DNA of 64,000 nt from a virus: positions 1,362 through 65,361 of the IMG/VR virus record IMGVR_UViG_3300022664_000125. The stretch is one strand, 5' to 3'. Position numbers and translations under genes: made by a program. The notes beneath the pieces are model-generated. The model ran no database searches. It was not told where the DNA came from and was given only the letters and a program-made list of their open reading frames with translations. Below are positions 60,453-64,000 of the stretch, piece after piece (positions within the stretch are counted from its first letter, which is position 1; every line of letters begins with the position of its first letter).

Positions 60453-61844
60453 TCAGTCTTTAAATACTGGTTCATACATTATTTCATCATCAATATTTGT
60501 GGGTGTATCACCTTTCACTTCTTCTGGTTTTTCTGTTTCAGGAGGTGTCGTAATATCTTCATCAAGTGCCTCATCTGGAGAAATAACAGTTTGCAATGTT
60601 CCAGATGATTTTAATTGAAATAATCCACTTGTAATTCTTTGTTCGACTGCAATAGACATAACGTAGTCGAATGCATTTCTAAAGTTTTCATCTTTCAGAT
60701 AATAATCGTAAGCATTTTTTCTATACATCTTTTCAGAAGTATAGTTTGAGTTACCAGTAACAGGGTCAATAAATTCGAGATAAACCTGAGGACCAGATTT
60801 CTTGATAGATAATGGGTAAGGAAGATTCTTCTCTTCCTTAAAATACTTCAATTCTGATCTTGTCATTTCGGCAAGAAATGTGTATTCGCTCCAAAACTTG
60901 TGTAGACCAGTTCTTTTATCAAATACACACATAACAGACTCTTGAGAAGGAGCAGTCTTATTTTTTTCGGTAAATATATTCATAAACCAACCGGAGATAC
61001 CCATCCCATCATTGGGTGTAATTGCTGTTTTTCTTGATAGAAAAAGCCATTGTGCTACCTTATGATTAAAAGCAATAATCGATGATGCAGCTTTATAATC
61101 ATTCCATGTACCAACAGATTTTTCTTTAGCAATATACTGCCCTTCAAGCTGTAGATTCGCTCGAACCTGATCAATCGTCAAAAAAGTAATTCTATTATAA
61201 GCCAACAAAGGATAATATTTTTCGATGCAAAAAGATAATTGACGTGCTTTTACACCAATTATACGATTGGGATCATCAGCATCATTAATCTTAGAGCAAG
61301 ATGTTGCTGCGATACTATCCCAAATAATCATAATTTTAAATTCTTTTTGTAATTTTTCTTCAAATTGTTTTTTGATTTCTACCAACGTTTCAATCATATG
61401 AAAGAAACCATAAATATCAATTACAACTGGCTCATAACGAAATCTTTTTTCATCTATACCAAAAATTGTTATTCTAGATGAAGCATTGCTTGTTACTGAA
61501 ACATTTCCAGCGCCTTCTATATCTAGATAAACAATAATTGAATTTGGATACATAACCTGAAATACTTTAGAAAACTGAAATGCAAATGTGCTCTTGCCCG
61601 TTTCTGGCGTAGAGGACAATACTACAGGTGCTGAAGATATTATTCCGCCTCCCAACAGGGCGTCTAAATGTTGTATCCCAAACGGAGTTACATATGGTTT
61701 GGGAGCTCTAGCATAACCATAATCCCGTGTAATAATTTTCTCAAAAGCTTCACCTAGCTTTTCGGCGATACCTTCGTCTGCAGGTGCAAAATTTGAGGAA
61801 TCTAATGTACTTCCAACTTCTGCTGCTTCTTTCTTTCTAGCCAT
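60453..61844 (-). CDS. recA: RecA/UvsX-like recombinase
   Basis: HLDALLGGG, Walker A PETGKST, YLDIE, IIWDSIAA, IDQVR and EKNK.AP motifs. Confidence 0.88.
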   Translation of the reverse strand: MARKKEAAEVGSTLDSSNFAPADEGIAEKLGEAFEKIITRDYGYARAPKPYVTPFGIQHLDALLGGGIISSAPVVLSSTPETGKSTFAFQFSKVFQVMYPNSIIVYLDIEGAGNVSVTSNASSRITIFGIDEKRFRYEPVVIDIYGFFHMIETLVEIKKQFEEKLQKEFKIMIIWDSIAATSCSKINDADDPNRIIGVKARQLSFCIEKYYPLLAYNRITFLTIDQVRANLQLEGQYIAKEKSVGTWNDYKAASSIIAFNHKVAQWLFLSRKTAITPNDGMGISGWFMNIFTEKNKTAPSQESVMCVFDKRTGLHKFWSEYTFLAEMTRSELKYFKEEKNLPYPLSIKKSGPQVYLEFIDPVTGNSNYTSEKMYRKNAYDYYLKDENFRNAFDYVMSIAVEQRITSGLFQLKSSGTLQTVISPDEALDEDITTPPETEKPEEVKGDTPTNIDDEIMYEPVFKD

Positions 61845-62078
61845 TCCGCCTCCAACTTTTTTTCGCTCATAACCTATGAGCAATTTTTCTAACGTCACCC
61901 ACCAGATTTAATAACTGGTGTTCTAGAACAGCTAGGACAATCAGTTGGATCTGGCTTAATAACTTTTACTTTTACCACATTTGGATCTGTACTTAAATTT
62001 TGACTATCCTGATTAATATATTGTATAAACTCTGAGACAATTTCATCTAAATCAATTTTATCTTTCTCTGGAATGGTA

Positions 62079-62585
62079 TTAGATGTAGTCATCAATATCT
62101 TCCTTTTTATTTTTTTTGTCTTCTTTTTCGTCATCATCTTCTTCATCTTTAGATTTTTCATTATCAGAGTTTTCTATCTCAGTATCGTCATCATCAGGAA
62201 GATCATCATCTTCCAATTCATCAACTTCTGGAGGAATTTCGGATTCAATATCATCTAAATCATCTTCAGAAATATTTTCCCCATCAAGTTCGTCAAATTC
62301 ATCATCGATATCAATATCATCTAATTCTTCATCCGACATTTGATCAACCTCATCTGGAATTTCAGATTCAATATCATCAAGCTCTTTATCGTTCATTTCA
62401 AAATCTTCTTCATTTTTAGCCATATCTTCAACTCCCTGATCTTCGTATTCTTCAGGATCTATTTTCTTAATAATGATAATTTTTTTAACTGGCGGGATAT
62501 CGGCAAAATCATTACTAAGTGCATCTACATTTCGACTTCCAGATGCTACTCCAGGGCTAGAACCAACCCTTATAATGGAAATCAT
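62079..62585 (-). CDS. Highly acidic low-complexity protein
   Basis: Asp/Glu-dominated; DDIESEIPxEVD occurs twice; GGAGG RBS. Confidence 0.7.
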   Translation of the reverse strand: MISIIRVGSSPGVASGSRNVDALSNDFADIPPVKKIIIIKKIDPEEYEDQGVEDMAKNEEDFEMNDKELDDIESEIPDEVDQMSDEELDDIDIDDEFDELDGENISEDDLDDIESEIPPEVDELEDDDLPDDDDTEIENSDNEKSKDEEDDDEKEDKKNKKEDIDDYI

Positions 62586-62598
62586 AAATTATATCCTC

Positions 62599-63078
62599 CT
62601 ACAACTTATATTCTGGATCTTTGTCCAAATTTGTTTTAATTGTGCTGGCTTGAGCTTTACCTACGCCGGACATAGCATTCCCAAGTTTTTCAAAAAACTC
62701 TGAAAGATTTTCCCCACCATTCTTTAATCCTTCATCAATTTTACGTATATCAACATCAAGTAATCTAAATTTACCAATAGTAATATCGTTAATTTCTTTA
62801 TGATATCGATGTTTAATACTTTCTAATTCAGACATTGAATTGAATATTTTTGTTAATAATTCTATATTAGTTCTGATTGCTGCAAAATATTTAGCTTTCT
62901 TTACAGCATCTGTTTCTTGTACAGCTAGTTGTTCTAGCTGTCTATTGGCATTTTCTAATGATATCTTGTGGGATTTCAAATCTGTAATAAAATTATCTAA
63001 ATGATCAATTTGTTGTTCTAACTGTTTTTTTCTTTCAGAAAACTCTGTTTTAATTTCTGTCTTACTATCGATTTCCAT
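62599..63078 (-). CDS. Coiled-coil hypothetical protein
   Basis: 159 aa with a heptad pattern. Confidence 0.7.
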   Translation of the reverse strand: MEIDSKTEIKTEFSERKKQLEQQIDHLDNFITDLKSHKISLENANRQLEQLAVQETDAVKKAKYFAAIRTNIELLTKIFNSMSELESIKHRYHKEINDITIGKFRLLDVDIRKIDEGLKNGGENLSEFFEKLGNAMSGVGKAQASTIKTNLDKDPEYKL

Positions 63079-63083
63079 GTTAT

Positions 63084-64000
63084 TTACCTACTGTCAATTT
63101 CGCTTAAACAAATTCTAACAAATTTCTTTAACTGTTCAACAAAACTAATCTGATCTATTCTGACGGATGTAAGTGTCATTAAATTGATATATTCGCCGGA
63201 GAGAATAAGATTAATAAAATTATCAGATATCCGGGATAATACTGGTTGTAAATAACCATCAGAAAATACATTTTTAAATGGATATGTTAACTCATCTAAA
63301 ATAACAGATTTAACTAATTCTGGTTTAATCAACATATCATTATAAGGTTTAGCTTTTGGATTAGCAATGTGAACACATTTTAATAATTTTAAAATCGTTG
63401 GAAGTTTCTTTATTTTCTCTAAAGTCTGTTCATTAATAAGATCATTATCATATATTTTAATTAATTTAAATTCGTTATTATCTAGTCTGAATATTGACCG
63501 GCGCGATCTTGTACACGCTGCCATATAAACATCTTGAAATTCATTATTTATGATAACATTTTTAAATACACGATAATTTAATCCAAGTTGTACGTATATC
63601 GGCGAGCTCTTATAATATTTATCTACTTGTAAATTATATAATACTTCTTTATAGAGTGATAAACGAGTAGATGAATTAGATGTATTAAGGATATTGTTGA
63701 AACTCCAAAAACTAGAATATACTTTACTTGTATCTTGTTTCCTCATAAAATAATAATGAAATATACTCCCAAACACACCTCTATAAAACGTATCTACGTT
63801 ACCAACAGTTAATGGATTAAATTTCTGCAGGCCATTACCAAGAAAATCTAATAAAACATTATACTTAATAACATCTTGATCTAAATAGAATGAGTTGACG
63901 TAAACATTAACTAATTTTTCAGAACTACGACGAATCCTCTCATAAACGCTACGAATGATTGCTTGTAAAAACTTTCGAGTATCTGGAAGATATTGTTGTA
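63084..64000 (-). CDS. Hypothetical protein, 5' end beyond the window
   Basis: The frame of ORF 63084..63776 stays open to the window edge. Confidence 0.65.
   Translation of the reverse strand, partial: QQYLPDTRKFLQAIIRSVYERIRRSSEKLVNVYVNSFYLDQDVIKYNVLLDFLGNGLQKFNPLTVGNVDTFYRGVFGSIFHYYFMRKQDTSKVYSSFWSFNNILNTSNSSTRLSLYKEVLYNLQVDKYYKSSPIYVQLGLNYRVFKNVIINNEFQDVYMAACTRSRRSIFRLDNNEFKLIKIYDNDLINEQTLEKIKKLPTILKLLKCVHIANPKAKPYNDMLIKPELVKSVILDELTYPFKNVFSDGYLQPVLSRISDNFINLILSGEYINLMTLTSVRIDQISFVEQLKKFVRICLSEIDSR

Overview
AT-rich segment of a large contractile-tailed (myovirus, distantly T4-like) phage genome, read in the standard genetic code. Bases 1-6300 are a + strand accessory region of small genes. 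It opens with integron-type gene cassettes bounded by attC sites, one of them tandemly duplicated, and contains a 232-nt tRNA-like RNA and repeated gene-junction sequences. Bases 8300-64000 are an almost continuous - strand block: tail tube, sheath, baseplate, major capsid protein, prohead protease, portal, DnaB-like helicase, tape measure with a lytic transglycosylase domain, large terminase, Cas4-like nuclease and RecA/UvsX. Five group I introns interrupt essential genes: two in the capsid gene, two in the portal gene (one carrying an HNH endonuclease) and one in the helicase gene. Splicing at the P1 U.G pair and terminal G restores three intact reading frames, with 54-nt and 60-nt micro-exons. 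A CGGCAAGATCT palindrome forms eight intergenic hairpins, and its half-site also recurs inside coding sequences. All protein calls come from motif recognition by eye; no database search was run.
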